In this document: piece after piece, positions 1-13,349 of the stretch | How positions within the stretch are numbered: the first letter of the stretch is position 1 | Layout of the letters: each line of letters opens with the position of its first letter | NCBI GenBank assembly: GCA_012295275.1 | Contig: CM022669.1 | Coordinates: forward strand, 14,074,001 to 14,138,000 | Direction of reading: 5' to 3' | DNA: 64,000 nucleotides | Source of the DNA: Chrysomallon squamiferum | Lineage: Eukaryota; Animalia; Mollusca | Program-made: the position numbers and the translations under genes | Notes under the pieces: generated by a model | Told to the model about the DNA's origin: nothing | Database searches by the model: none | The model's input: the letters and a program-made list of their open reading frames with translations, nothing else

Positions 1-458
1 ATTTCTAAAAATATTTGATTTATTTATTGTTTCATTTTATATAGTTTGGATTTTCATAATACCTGTGCACCTATATAAACATACATACATATATATATAC
101 ACATACAAACATACATACATACATACATACATACATACATACATACATACATACATACATACATACATACAACATTTTCATGGAAATTTTTGACGTTGCT
201 ATCATGTGGCCAATAATTAAACAAAATTATGTTTATTTTAATTATTCGTAAAAAAAATAAAACTCAACAGCTTTACTCCTTTGTCAAATGTCGAGCTACA
301 TACACACATATGCGCATGAACGCACACACACATGCATATACAAATACAGACACATATACATAGGCATATATTTACATACATACATGTATACAAACAGACG
401 TACGTACATACATACATACATACATATATATATATATATAAGTTTTGTGTTATCTTAG

Positions 459-842
459 ACGATGCTATTCTTATGATGACCGAAGAAAAAGAAAAGAGAA
501 AAGAAACTGAACAAGCTCTTCAGAGAGAAAGAGGTATGATGACATGTATTGCTGTTTGCTTACTCAGTTTAATCAGTTAAATATGAACGACTATGTCAGT
601 GTGCGACTAGAGTGTGTGTATTGGTGCATGATGTATAAACAAGAGTATAGTGTATGTAGTTTATACACGAGACTATAGTGTGTGTTTGTGTGGTTGTTAC
701 ATGATATATCTGTTTGTGGGACGAGTGAGCACTGAGTCAGTGCATGTGTGTATGTATATATAACTACTTTATGGTGAGCATAAATTAAAACTACAAGCAG
801 AGCCAGGAGTAACAAGTAAAATATAAAAACAAAGGAACAAAA

Positions 843-873
<31 letters not shown>

Positions 874-3748
874 AATACATTAGAGTACAATCAAATAAAA
901 TAAAATAGAATAACATGAAATAAAATAAATGAACAAACAAGAAAAAAAGAGTAACTGACAGATCTGCTGATTTAATGTTCCATATATAATTACGTGTTTT
1001 CTTCAGACTATTATATTTTTTATTGTTCTCAATTTACTACACAACAGCGAACCGTTAAAGAATATGAACATGTTTCTCAATCCAAATAAATTTTATAAAA
1101 TAACTTTCATAAACTGAAATATGAATTATTAAGAAAAGACTGTATTCAATTAGCTAAACATGTATAATATTTACATACCAATACATTGCAAGCAGTGTAC
1201 CAAGCAGGATATTGAATATCTAGCTAAATAAGACATAAGAGTTAATTACTTTCTTTTCTTTTCAATTTACAGAGTCGACGTAATGTCTGTCTGTTTTGAT
1301 ATTCGTAACTAACTGTTAGTATAAAGACAAAGAAGAAACGCTTATTGTAATAATATTTTTATGGTGCAGTCAAGGCATATGTCTTAGGGGAGTGTGAATA
1401 CTAACAGATTTCATAAAGGAAAATATGCATTGTACCAACGTAGAAAATAGTGATGCTTTTATTTTTGTATTTATCATTTATTCAAATGATTAATAATATT
1501 CGGAATCAACACGATGCCATAATTTTTAAACTCAGTCATTAGTTTCTTGTTTAATGTTTTTAGAAAATCTAATTCAAGCAGAAAAACAGCTGGAGGATGC
1601 AAAAACGAGATTTGAAGAAGAAAACAATGATTTAAAGAATCAGATGAAATTGACACAGGAACAAATGGCCGAGAATGAAGATCAGTTTATGAGAGAGAGA
1701 GATGAACTTGCAGACAAACTGACAGAAAAGAATGGTAACTGACATGGATCTACTGACTTAATGTTCAGTGTGTGATTAAGTACATTTATATTATTATATA
1801 GTATTGTATTATATAGTATAGTAACGGTTAATGAATATGAACATGTTTCTTACTGCACATAAAACTTTTAAAAATAACTTTCATAAGCCGAAATATGAAT
1901 TATTAAGAAAAGACTATATTCAGTTAGCTCAAACTGATATTTAACATTCAAGAGTAATCTCATTTCACTGAACATGTACAATACCTAAATACCAATACAA
2001 TATAACCAGTGAACCAAACAGGGGATCGTCCATCTAGATAAATAAGATATAAGATTTTACAGACTCATGGTAAAGTCAGTTTCTTTTGATATTCGTAAAT
2101 AACTGCTATTATAAAGACAAAGAAGAAACGCTAAATTTTAATAATATTTTATGGTGTAATCCAGGCATGTGTCTTAGGAGACCGAATACTTACATGTTTG
2201 ATAAAGAACAAATATGTATTATACCAAACTAGAAAATACCGATCGTTTTATTCTTATATTTATCAGTTATTCAACTAATTAAGAATTCTTACAATCAACA
2301 CGATCCCATCATATTTAAAACAGGTAATTAATTATTTCTTTAATGTTTTCAGAGAAGCTAAATGAAGCAGAAAAACAGCTGGACGAGGCGGAAAAGAGAT
2401 TTGAAGATGAAAACAATGATTTAAAGACTGAGGTGGAATTGTCACAGGAACAAACGGTCGAGAATGAAGATCAGTTTAAGAGAGAGAGACATGAACTTCC
2501 AGAGAAACTGAAAGAAAACAATGGTAATCGACATGGTCTAGTGACCTAATGTTCCACGTGTGATTATGTTTTGTATTCATATTTTTATTCTTCTATATTT
2601 ACTACAGAACAGCCAACCGTAATTAATATGAACCTGTATCTCACTGCAAATAAAACTTTAAAAAATAACTTTCATAAGCTGAAATATGAATTATTAATAA
2701 AAGATTATATTCAGTTAGTTAAAATTACTATTTAACATTCATGAGTAATTTCATTTCTCAAAACCTGTATAATAGTGAGATACCTGTACATTGGAAGCAA
2801 TGTACGAAGCAGCAGATTGCATATCTAATTAATTAAGACATAAGGTTTAATTACTTTCTTTTCTTTTCAAATTACAGACTCGACGTAATGTTTCTTTGTT
2901 CTGATATTCGTAAATAACTGTTATTATAAAAACAAAGAAGAAACGCTTATTTTAATAACATTCTTATGCTGCAGTCAAGGCAGATTTCATAGGGACGTGT
3001 GAATACTCATAGATTTGATAAGAGAAAATACGAATTTTCCAAAGTAGAAAATGCTGATATTTTTATTATTTATTAACAGATATTCAGCTGATTAATAATG
3101 TTTTGAATCAACACGATTTCATCATATTTAAACGCACTCATTAGTTTCTTGTTTACTGTTTTCAGAGAAGCTTAATGAAGCAATGTTCTGATATTCGTAA
3201 ATAACTGTTATTATAAAAACAAAGTAGAAATGCTTATTTTAATAATATTCTTATCCTGCAGTCAAGGCATATTTCTTAGTGGAGTGTGAATACTCATAGA
3301 TTTGATATAGAAAAATATGTATTTACCAAAGTAGAAAATACCGATGTTTTTATTTTTGTATTACCTGTCATTCAACTGATTAATAATGTTCTCAATGAAC
3401 ACGATGCCATCATATTTAAAGTCAGTTATTAGTTTCTTGTTTAGTGATTAAGAAAAGACTATATTCAGTTAGCTGAAACTGATATTTAACATTCATGAGT
3501 AAGCTCATTTCACTAAACGTGTTCAATAGTTATATATCAATACATTGCAATGTACCAATTAGTACTTCGTGTATCTAGAGAAGTAAGATATAAGTTTTAA
3601 TTTCTGTTTTTTTTTTAAATTTACAGGTGATTTCAAAGAGACGAAAAAGGGAAACCAATCTATGATAATAACAGCAACTTTAGTTATCATCATCAGCGTC
3701 ATAATTTATGTCTTTTTTATTGACACTGTTCAAAAAATGGTGTACTAA
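459..3748 (+). CDS. Coiled-coil protein with C-terminal transmembrane (tail) anchor, paralog A, 5' part outside window. Exons 459-533, 1564-1734, 2353-2523, 3627-3748
   Basis: AG/GT-bounded phase-1 exons encode E/K-rich heptad sequence (DDAILMMTEEKEKRKETEQALQRER; ENLIQAEKQLEDAKTRFEEENNDLKNQMKL...). The terminal exon reads GDFKETKKGNQSMIITATLVIIISVIIYVFFIDTVQKMVY*. No family recognised. Confidence 0.75.
945..3620 (+). repeat. Tandem array of a ~790-bp exon+intron unit carrying the 171-bp coiled-coil exon
   Basis: Intact exon copies lie at 1564-1734 and 2353-2523 (spacing 789). A third unit has the exon truncated after ~17 nt (3166-3182) and a fourth lacks it (deletion near 3445). Intron blocks such as 'gatattcgtaaataactg...aaagaagaaacgc' and 'attaagaaaagactatattcagttag' recur in the units. 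Confidence 0.9.
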
Positions 3749-3944
3749 GTGAGATAAACATCATTTAGCTTTGTCATTTAGACAAAAAAAAATATTTTCA
3801 GAGAGGACGGAAAGACGAAAGAAGAAAAGGAACTAACATGAAGAATCAATATAATAATTATCATAAAATGTAGATGATAGATATTGCGTGTATAACTAAA
3901 TTAATTCCATTATCCATTAATAGAAGTAAGGTATTTATTCGAAA

Positions 3945-4290
3945 TGTTGTTAAAAATACAATATTGTTTTATAATTAATGTTGTTTTTATTTAAAATAGA
4001 TGTTAAAACACTATATTTTTTCTGATTAATGATCTGGATATTTAAAATAGATCTGTAAAGAATATATTGTTTTCTGATTAATGATCTACATATTTGAAAT
4101 AGCTGTTAAAACACAGTACCCTTTTATAATTAATGTTCTGTATATTTGAAATTGCTGTTAAAACACTATATTGTCTTCTGATTAATGTTGTTTTTATTTA
4201 AAATAGCTTTTAAAACTATAATATTTTCTTATTAATTTTGTGTATATTTAAAACAGCTTTTAAAATATTATAGCTGTTTTCTGATTACCA
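3945..4290. repeat. Degenerate ~50-bp AT-rich minisatellite in the 3' flank of copy A (fewer units at 16255-16435 in copy B)
   Basis: Recurring 'tatttaaaatag..gttaaaacactatatt...ctgattaatg'. Confidence 0.75.
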
Positions 4291-4793
4291 AATGCAGCTT
4301 TAACTACATTCAAAATATTTAGTTTATGTATTAAAATTAGCATATTGAATATGTTAAACATATATATTCAAAACATACTATGTGTAACATCCTTTTTAGA
4401 TTAATTTATTGTAAGTCTAAACTGTAGTGATTTCAGAAATTTCTATTGGAAGAATTTCCCAGTATTAGACGCTTTTAGAAAACGCTTTATTCAGTATTTT
4501 GTGTTATCATGAATTCATTTTAATTCAGTGTTTATTTTTAGCCTAGTTTTGGGAAAGTCATTAAAATATATTTAGAAGCTGTGTGGTGTGCTTTTGTTAT
4601 GTTTTAAAAATATAACATGAAATGTTTTTCTAAAAAATAAAATAAAAGGAATGACCAATTTACGTTGCTTTTGACATTAATGTATATATTTTGAAATTGT
4701 TTTAAAATATATTTTCTACTCGGATCATGCAAATAGCTTCTGTATATCTCTTACTGTAATGCCATAGAGCTGTACAAATAATATATCTAAAAC

Positions 4794-6209
4794 GAAGGAT
4801 CCTCTTGTGTGTTCAACACCATTTCAGTAATTTCACTGTCAGTAAGCTGGAGAGCGACTGGAGCATTCTCGTCTATATTAAAGCATTCTTTCACAGCCTC
4901 GCTGCCCAAGTTCTTAACCTCTGGACACTCAAGTGTTTTGACATAATTCAATACATTTTTCACAATTTGTTCTTCACGAGACTCTCGGAAATCACAGAAA
5001 TCTGTTTCATCATCATCATCATCATCAAAGAAACCTTGTTGAGGGCCAGAAATTATGCTATCCATTCTTTAACGTTTCTTTCTCAACATTGTCCCACGAT
5101 TTATCTGACCTCCAAATGGCATCTTTCACATTAAACATCTTCTGAAATTCAGGAAGGATGATTTTCTTGTCACGTGCATCCTGCATCTTACGTAGAAATG
5201 TGTCCTTGTATTTGCACTTAAATGAACGCAAAATTTCTTGATCCAAGGCTTGGATAAGAGAGGTGCAATTGGGTAGTGGATAAACAACACAAACATTTCT
5301 CCTGATGAGCGATTCAGCAGCAGAGTGACCTGAACAGTTTGCCAAGGATCGTTACAATTTTACAATCTTCAGGAAGTGCTGCAGATGTCCAATGAGCCCG
5401 AGTCTCTTGAACAAAATGCTTCTCGAATCATTCAGTGAAAAGTGGTCTCGTAACTCAGGCACGCTTATTAGCCTTATAGATCACCGGAAAAACCTTGATC
5501 CCTTTGAATGCCCTGGAGTTAATACTTTTTCCAAGTGCAAGAAGTTTACACTTGTGGTTGCCAGCTGCATTACTGCACCCTAATATGGCTAGTCGTTCCT
5601 TTGAGTCTTTGAAGTCACACAGTGCAACTTCATCTGGAGTAACATATGTTTTCCTTGGGAAAGCCCTTGCGATGATTAAATCGATAAAACCGCCCAGACC
5701 TGTACTCACATGTCTTCGTTGACTTTCTTACCTTGGGCCATAATAACTGCACGGTCAAGCGAAAATTTCTCACTCTCTTTCTTATGTTTCTAATAAATTG
5801 TGGAAATACCGACACCATATTCGTCATATAACAGTCGCACCGACGCTCCCTTATCTAATTGCCTCAGTAACTCGATTTTTTTCTGTATTGAGAGCGATAG
5901 ATGCTCCCTCTTCGGAGTCTTCTTCGTAAGAGGAATTTCTGCTGGCCTTCTGGGCATGGTGAAGGACAAAAATCAGAAGATATCAGCGATAATAAGAATG
6001 CACTGCTTGAACTGACGATACATAACTGTGGCGACTCGACACGTAAACAATGCGGCGAGTGAATGAACGCCACGCGGCTTGAAAGAGTAGTTCCAGTCTG
6101 ATGAGGACAACACCCGCACGCGCGAACTATGAAAATAGCAACGGGAAAAAACTTCCGGTTTTCTGGTCTTTCCGGATTTCACGACGCCGGATAAATGGTC
6201 CGGTAGCTG
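4794..6209 (-). mobile_element. Degenerate Tigger/pogo (Tc1-mariner superfamily) DNA transposon, Jerky/CENP-B-like transposase, truncated at its 3' end
   Basis: The minus strand from ATG 5957 reads MPRRPAEIPLTKKTPKREHLSLSIQKKIELLRQLDKGASVRLLYDEYGVGISTIY* (HTH-psq). DDE_1 fragments follow: KDSKERLAILGCSNAAGNHKCKLLALGKSINSRAFKG, NCSGH, LPNCTSLIQALDQEILRSFKCKY. The terminus is TA|CAGCTACCGGACCATTTATCCGG at 6211-6187. Multiple stops and frameshifts are present. Confidence 0.9.
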
Positions 6210-6394
6210 TACATACACACAGAGCAAGAGTCAGACAGATAGAGAAATAAACTGACAAATAGTCAGACAGAATGACATACTTGCAGATAGACAGATAGAC
6301 AGAGGGAGAAGACAAAAAGATAGACAGCCAGACATATGGATAGATAGACAAGACATTTATGTGTATGATTCTGTACTTATATTTAATGTGTGTT

Positions 6395-6425
<31 letters not shown>

Positions 6426-7456
6426 GTATGTGTGTGTGTATGTGTGTGTGCGTGTGTGTGAGTTTGAATTAATAGTCTGTTTTTTCCTCGCCTCTTTAAG
6501 GCTGCTATGGTATTCTCATAGTATAATTATCAACGGTTGGACGGATAAACTGACTGGGCGGATGTTTTAATGACGTTTTATGTAATTCGCACCATCTTTA
6601 TTCCTGCAGCCGGGTTCTGCTATACGTCTAGTGGCAGCATTTCAGAAGTAAGAACTATCATCAAATTTGTTGGAACAAGGCATGTTTGTTGGAATAGGGT
6701 AATATCCAGCTTTAGTCAAATATTTCATCATATATATTTTCCTATATTGGGAAGGAGCATTTAAAAAAAAATAATAATAAATAAAAGAAACGCAAATAAT
6801 TGCTGATATCGGTTTGTCAGCATTGTCTGTATGATGGCATAAAATCGCAAATTTATAAATTTTTTGATTTCTGATTTTGTGATTTTTATTTTATTTTATT
6901 TTATTTTATGATTATTATACTTATTTCTTTTTATATTTTTTTTTATTTTAGCGTTTCATTTTATCTTATTTTTGTTTGTTTATCAAGTACATTAGAGCTT
7001 CCATACGACCTTATCATTATTATTTTTTTTATTATTTAATTATTTATTTGTGGGACTGAATTATTTAACGGATGAACCAAAATATGATCGCAACATAAAA
7101 AGGAAAAAATAAGTCAGATAAAATACTGAGTAAAACAGAGCAAATTATTGTAACTTAAAAATAAGGTAGAAAAAAATCCACTGAATTAATACAGTCTAGA
7201 ACAGTGATTCATAAACTATTTCAGTGTTATTCATCTTTGACGCCTTCTTTCTGACAACACTGCATTTACCCGTGACAAAATGTCCTTGGGTTTCTCGTAG
7301 TTCTCGTAGCACTTACACACACTTCATTTACTAGAAATATAATTTTATTCACATGTGGACGAACCGATGATCAACTTAACAAGCACTGGACTAAAAGAAA
7401 CCCTTCCAGTCGAAAATATTTTTTGACTAAAACCAAAACGTATGTTACTGATGAAG

Positions 7457-7495
<39 letters not shown>

Positions 7496-7702
7496 CTTCA
7501 CATAAAATCCGGTCACTAATTCGCTCTGCGTGTATTATATTGTTGTTGTATTGGTTTATTTACAGAGGTTCAGAGAAGCCCTTCCTAAGCACAGAATGTT
7601 GATTGCTAAATATGTATCTAATTATGTTATCAACCCAAATGCTGTTTCAAACGGAGAAATAGTACATGAAAAGTCTACAGATACTGAGTTGACCAAAATA
7701 TT

Positions 7703-7706
<4 letters not shown>

Positions 7707-7743
<37 letters not shown>

Positions 7744-7815
7744 ATTGAAGGAAAACACTCATGCACACGCACAAACTAAAAAAAACAAAACAATCGGTAC
7801 TCCAACAGGTAACAC

Positions 7816-7902
<87 letters not shown>

Positions 7903-7910
7903 TACACATA
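7707..7910. repeat. Representative microsatellites ((CA)n, (CT)n). Similar (TACA)n, (TA)n, (TTA)n, (CAT)n, (GA)n and (GT)n tracts occur throughout, e.g. 13264-13348, 18932-18998, 20815-21040, 22620-22880, 23860-23950, 25055-25300, 41694-41750, 44645-44745
   Basis: Directly visible simple repeats. Confidence 0.95.
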
Positions 7911-8129
7911 TATGTAAAACAAATATAATAATAAAAAAAGGGAGCAAAAAAGTATGCGTGAGATTTATTTGGCTGTATATCATGCCTTAATTTTACGTTA
8001 ATAGTACATGGCTCTTAATAAAAACATCTCTTCTACTAAGACAGTTTATTACTTTATTACTTTCTTTTCACAGTTAACTCAGAATAACCAGACAGTGACT
8101 AACAGCTACAAATATAACCCAAAGAATAA

Positions 8130-8290
8130 ATACTCCAGTTTTTTTTACTGAGCAGGTAATCAATCTCAACTGAGCAGGTAAAACTAATTTGTCCAGGTGA
8201 CTCTTTGATAACAGACCTGAAGCTGCTAATTTGTCCAAAATATACTTATTCTGTCTCTTCATTTCCAGGTGTTTGGAATCTTTTAACAAA
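8130..8290 (-). pseudogene. Inverted, decayed duplicate of the last FASTKD exon (34512-34634) with its acceptor and the start of the 3'UTR
   Basis: The minus strand encodes KHLEMKRQNKYILDKLAASGLLSKSHLDKLVLPA, versus KHLDRNKTNEYILNKLKDAGLLSKSYLDKLVLPV* in the real exon. A long shared block 'caggtctgttatcaaagagt.acctggacaaatt.gttttacctg' is present. A 13-nt deletion after the acceptor puts it out of frame. Confidence 0.9.
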
Positions 8291-9134
8291 AATAACGGGT
8301 ATATATCAAAGAATATCACGTACACACACGCACACATATACACAAATACACACTAATATAGATACTTACATACACACACAAACACACGCACACATACACA
8401 CATACACACATATACACACAAACACCCACAGACATTCAAACACAGTCAATATGTTATAAAGAGATTTCTACCAAATAAGCATTTAATAAAAAATCAAATA
8501 AATAAAAACTTTTTACCAATCTCAAATAAATTCTTTATTTGATTAAATTATTTTCTTCAGTTTTACGAATAACGAAGGCTGTGAATCTGAAGGATTAAAA
8601 TTTCGAAGGCCGCTCACTTTCAGGAAAGCCTAAAGCGACTCATTGAATATTTTCAAAAAGAAATTAAAGCTTAAAAAACCCAAAGAGAAAAAACCATTTC
8701 ACGTTACCATAAATTAAACTGGATAATATTGTGGGGCGACATTGCCCCAAGCGAGAATTTAAGGGAAAAAAAAAAAGTAAACGAAGAAAAAAACATGTAT
8801 AACCAAAAAAAATGCTTATGTAATATTAGTTAGTTTATCAGTTTATCTAAATAGAGAACAAACTGCTTCTGTTTTATCAAACAGTAAACAAAGTTAGGTC
8901 AAACTAGAAGAATCAATATTAACAAATAAGCAAGGGATTAGGCCTGGTGACGGAAGATTTTCGTGGAAAAAAAGAAACTCGATATAACAGGAAAGTAGGG
9001 GGCGTTTTCCATCCATGTTGCAGCGTATGTAAAGTATTCTAGTGACACAGATTAACCTGTCTTTCGTGGAAATCAGCTACTTTCTATTTCATTATCGAAA
9101 CATATCTTGAGTTTTGACTGCACGCTGAAACCGG

Positions 9135-11602
9135 ATGGCTTCACAACAAGGTACATTTTTTAATATGTAAGGTGTAACCTTTTTAATTTATAACATTTCT
9201 GCATAGTTTCTACATAGATTACACGCTTAATTCAAACAAAATGGATGTTAACGAAGTATCACGTCACAGACTGGATATTTACGGAATAAACGTTCGACTT
9301 TGACCGTGTGACGTGCTTACCCTACCGTAGTCGCTGACAAAACACGACTGTCATAAAACGGGTTGTACCTAAGGGTACGCTAAGATACATGAGGCCAACG
9401 TTGGGGAAGAACGGGCTCAGAAGATACAAGTCCTTTGTGAGAAAGTTTGTGTCAAGTGGAAAATGTCAGGGCCTTTCGAGCCCCAAATGTAAAGGGGGCA
9501 CACAACATTATTGCATTGTCTGTTATCGACCATAGTTCAAGTTTAACGTAACAGTTAAAAATTAAGAGGCATCTTACATCGAAACAAATAATTATTAATT
9601 TTGTGAAGAAAAAAAAAAAGATTGCGTTTTTAATTTCTGAAAACATAATATATGTGTTATTTGATAGAGCTGAGTATTGTAAGCAAGTATTAAAAATAGG
9701 GGAAAAAAAAGAAAAAAAAAAAGAAACAACAACTGAATACTACAAACGAGATAAACGACTGTGACTCAATACTAACAATGACATTAGATATACACTTTGA
9801 AAGCAGGTGACCCCCACTTCCATCACTGCTTCACAACTGCATGTTGTGTCGCGTCTATGTCCTTGTACTTTAAACGTGTATATAGACACGCATATACCTA
9901 TCTTTCAGTTTAGATTATTTAAACTTATCTCGAGTTTGGCTTCATTCTGACCCATGATGTCTGCGCAAAAAGGTGAGTTTCCTAAAAATTAAGGCAAATA
10001 AAACAAAAAAAATAAAAATCGATAATTATTTTCTAATTTAATTTATATTTAAGCTAAGATTTTTCTTGGTTAACACGCTTAATCCATAAACGTAATTAGT
10101 TATTCCATCTACCTGAAAAATCTCTGTAGTACAAAAATAAAAATGTTGAGGGACTTTTTTTTAATTTTTTAAATTTTATTATCTACTATTGCTTTTATTT
10201 ATTTTTTTTATTTTCAACAACATAAACTTTGATTAATATGTACTTTGGCAGTTTATTACTAGACTTTAAGGTCAGTATGTCTGTATGTATGTATATTTGT
10301 GTTTGAGTATGCGTGAGGGTGTGTTCAAAGGAGTAAATATGTGGGTATTTATTGTTTTATGTTAGTATAAGCTATTCTTCTGATGTTGGAAGAAAATGAA
10401 GAGAATAGAAACTGATCAAGCTCTTCACAGTCGTTTATTTATTTATTTATTTATTTATTTGTTTGTTTGTTTGTTTGTTCGTTTATTTGTTTTTTAATTT
10501 GTTTATTTATTTATTTGTCTGAAGAACCAAAGAGTGCTCAAGACGGTTCAGAGCAACACCAGAGTTCTCAAGAAATTCCACAACAATACCAGAGTACTCA
10601 AGAACATCCACAACCATACCAGAGTACTCAAGAACATCCACAACAATACCAGAGTTCTCCAGAACATCCACAACAATACCAGAGTTCTCAAGAAGATTCA
10701 GAACAGCACCAGAAATTTCACGATGACTTAGAACAACGCCCGAGCTTTCACGAAGACAGAGAACAATTCCAGAGTTTGGAAGAAGATTCAGAACAATTCC
10801 AGAGTTGTGACGCAGACTCAGAAGAACGCCAGGCTTTGACTCGTTGTTCAGTGCGTCTGCTTGGTGTCAAAACTATCTCGGTTCAGCTTGGTGGTTTGCA
10901 AGGCATCTCAGTACAGCATAATGGAGATCCAGTTTCAGCAGAAGACCTTACAGAGACAATAAAGCTGCGTAAACAATATGCCATTGAAATAAACAAGTTA
11001 AAGAAACAAAATGAGGAACTACAATATCAAATAGAAGTTATTCAGAAGGAATATATGAAGGAAAAGAGACACAAAGGTAAAAACTAAAATAAAATTATAT
11101 TCTATTTATTTTTATATATATATATATATATAATTATTGTTTTAATTAAGTATTATTATTTATTTTTGCCTCCTAACTATGAAACCCGTATGAATCCTTT
11201 TTTGTTACTATACAGATTTCTAAAAATATTTGATTTATTTATTTTTTCATTTTATATAGTTTGGATTTTCATAATACCTGTGTACCTATATAAACATACA
11301 TACATATATATATACACATACAAACATACATTCATATATACATACATACATACATACATACATACATACATACAACATTTTCATGGAAATTTTTGACGTT
11401 GCTATCATGTGGCCAATAATTAAACAAAATTATGTTTATTTTAATTATTCGTAAATAAAATAAAACTCAACAGCTTTACTCCTTTGTCAACCGTCGAGCT
11501 ACATACACACATATGCGCATGAACACATGCATATACAAACACAGACACATATACATAGGCATATATTTGAATACATACATGTATACAAACAGACGTACGT
11601 AC

Positions 11603-11649
<47 letters not shown>

Positions 11650-12145
11650 TTTTGTGTTATCTTAGACGATGCTATTCTTATGATTACCGAAGAAAAAGAA
11701 AAGAGAAAAGAAACTGAACAAGCTCTTCAGAGAGAAAGAGGTATGATGACATGTATTGCTGTTTGCTTACTCAGTTTAATCAGTTAAATATGAACGACTA
11801 TGTCAGTGTGCGACTAGAGTGTCTGTATGTGTGTTTATTGGTGCATGCTGTATAAACAAGAGTATAGTGTATGTAGTTGTATACATGAGTCTATAGTGTG
11901 TCTGTTGGTGTGGTTGTTACATGGTATATCTGTTTGTGGGATGAGTGAGCGCTGAGTCAGTGTAGGTGTGTAGGTATATATAACCATTTTATGGTGAGCA
12001 TAAAATAAAACAACAAGCAGAGCCAGGATAATGAAGCATGTTTGGACGATGATCAGTATTTGTCTAATATCTTAATTTGTTATTATGTTTGATATTTTAA
12101 CTTAGTAGTTTTTCAGAAATACTAGTCTGACATCAGTGAATGTGA

Positions 12146-12187
<42 letters not shown>

Positions 12188-12657
12188 TGATAAATAAATC
12201 TATAAATAAATAAATAAATAAAATAAAATAAAATACAGTACAACAAAATAAAATAAAATAAAATAAATGAATATATGTGTGTATATGTGTGTGTGCGCGT
12301 GTGTGTATGTGTTAGTGTGTCCCTTTAACTGTATTTTAATGTTTTCAGAAGAATTATGTACTGCTAACAACCAGCTACACATGCTGGAATTAACTATTCG
12401 AGACTTAGATCTCCAGCTTCGGAATACAAAAGAAGAAATCAAAATGTTTAGAGGTAAAATTTTCATAACGATGTATGTAAAACTATTTAAATTGACAATT
12501 ATTAAAACCCTAAAAGACATTTCTATATATTTGATCAGTCTCTCTTCATGTGTCAAGAAATAATTAATGATTATTAATTTCCAAAATCTACAGATTTATT
12601 TATCCTTTCATTATTGTAGAATATTTAATTTTTCATGAACCTTATGAAATACCAGTA

Positions 12658-12715
<58 letters not shown>

Positions 12716-13261
12716 TAATAACTTTTTTATACATGTTTTTTCTGATTATTTATTCGTTCAATCTTGATTCAGGAAAACTGAAGGAGGCAGACGACGCAGT
12801 TGCAAACAAAACAACAGCGTTGGATGGGTTGACAGAGCAATTTAAAAAATATAAAACAGAATATGAAAACCTCATTGAAGACAAAGAAAATGAGCTGAAA
12901 CAGATACAAAATCAGCTGAAATTGTCAAAGGGAAAAGTGATTGAGAAAGAAGAACTTTTAGAAAAGTTAATGAAAGAGAAAGAATCGTTGACTGATGAAT
13001 TAGAAGAAAGCAAAAAGGCAGTTAGTGAACTGGACCGTGAATGCTGCAAAATAAGAAGATACTACTTCAATGCTATGACAATTAAATGTAATTTAAGTCT
13101 TTCTCTCATTCACTTTCTGTCTGACTTTTTCTTTCCTTTTTTTCTCTTTCATTTTCTTGCCCTTTCTCTCTCTCTTTGAATCTCATTTTTTTCTCTGTCT
13201 CTGTGTATATTTCACATTCTCTTTCTGTCTCTTTGTCTCTTTCTGACAGTGTATGTGTGTC

Positions 13262-13349
<88 letters not shown>

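Larger units (their letters stand above)
1..4793 (+). repeat. Segmental tandem duplication, copy A (matches 11216-17325, copy B)
   Basis: 1-~808 is near-identical to 11216-~12028. 3620-4455 matches 15930-16602, and ~4462-4793 matches ~16920-17325. Homology ends at 'tatctaaaac' (4793/17325). Confidence 0.95.

Noticed and set aside
3660-3748. KASH-domain identity for the tail-anchored coiled-coil protein
   Set aside because: The post-TM tail is only 8 aa and lacks the terminal PPPx motif.
8732-8749. Small GC-rich inverted repeat tggggcga-ca-ttgcccca
   Set aside because: Too short to distinguish from chance, with no associated element recognised.
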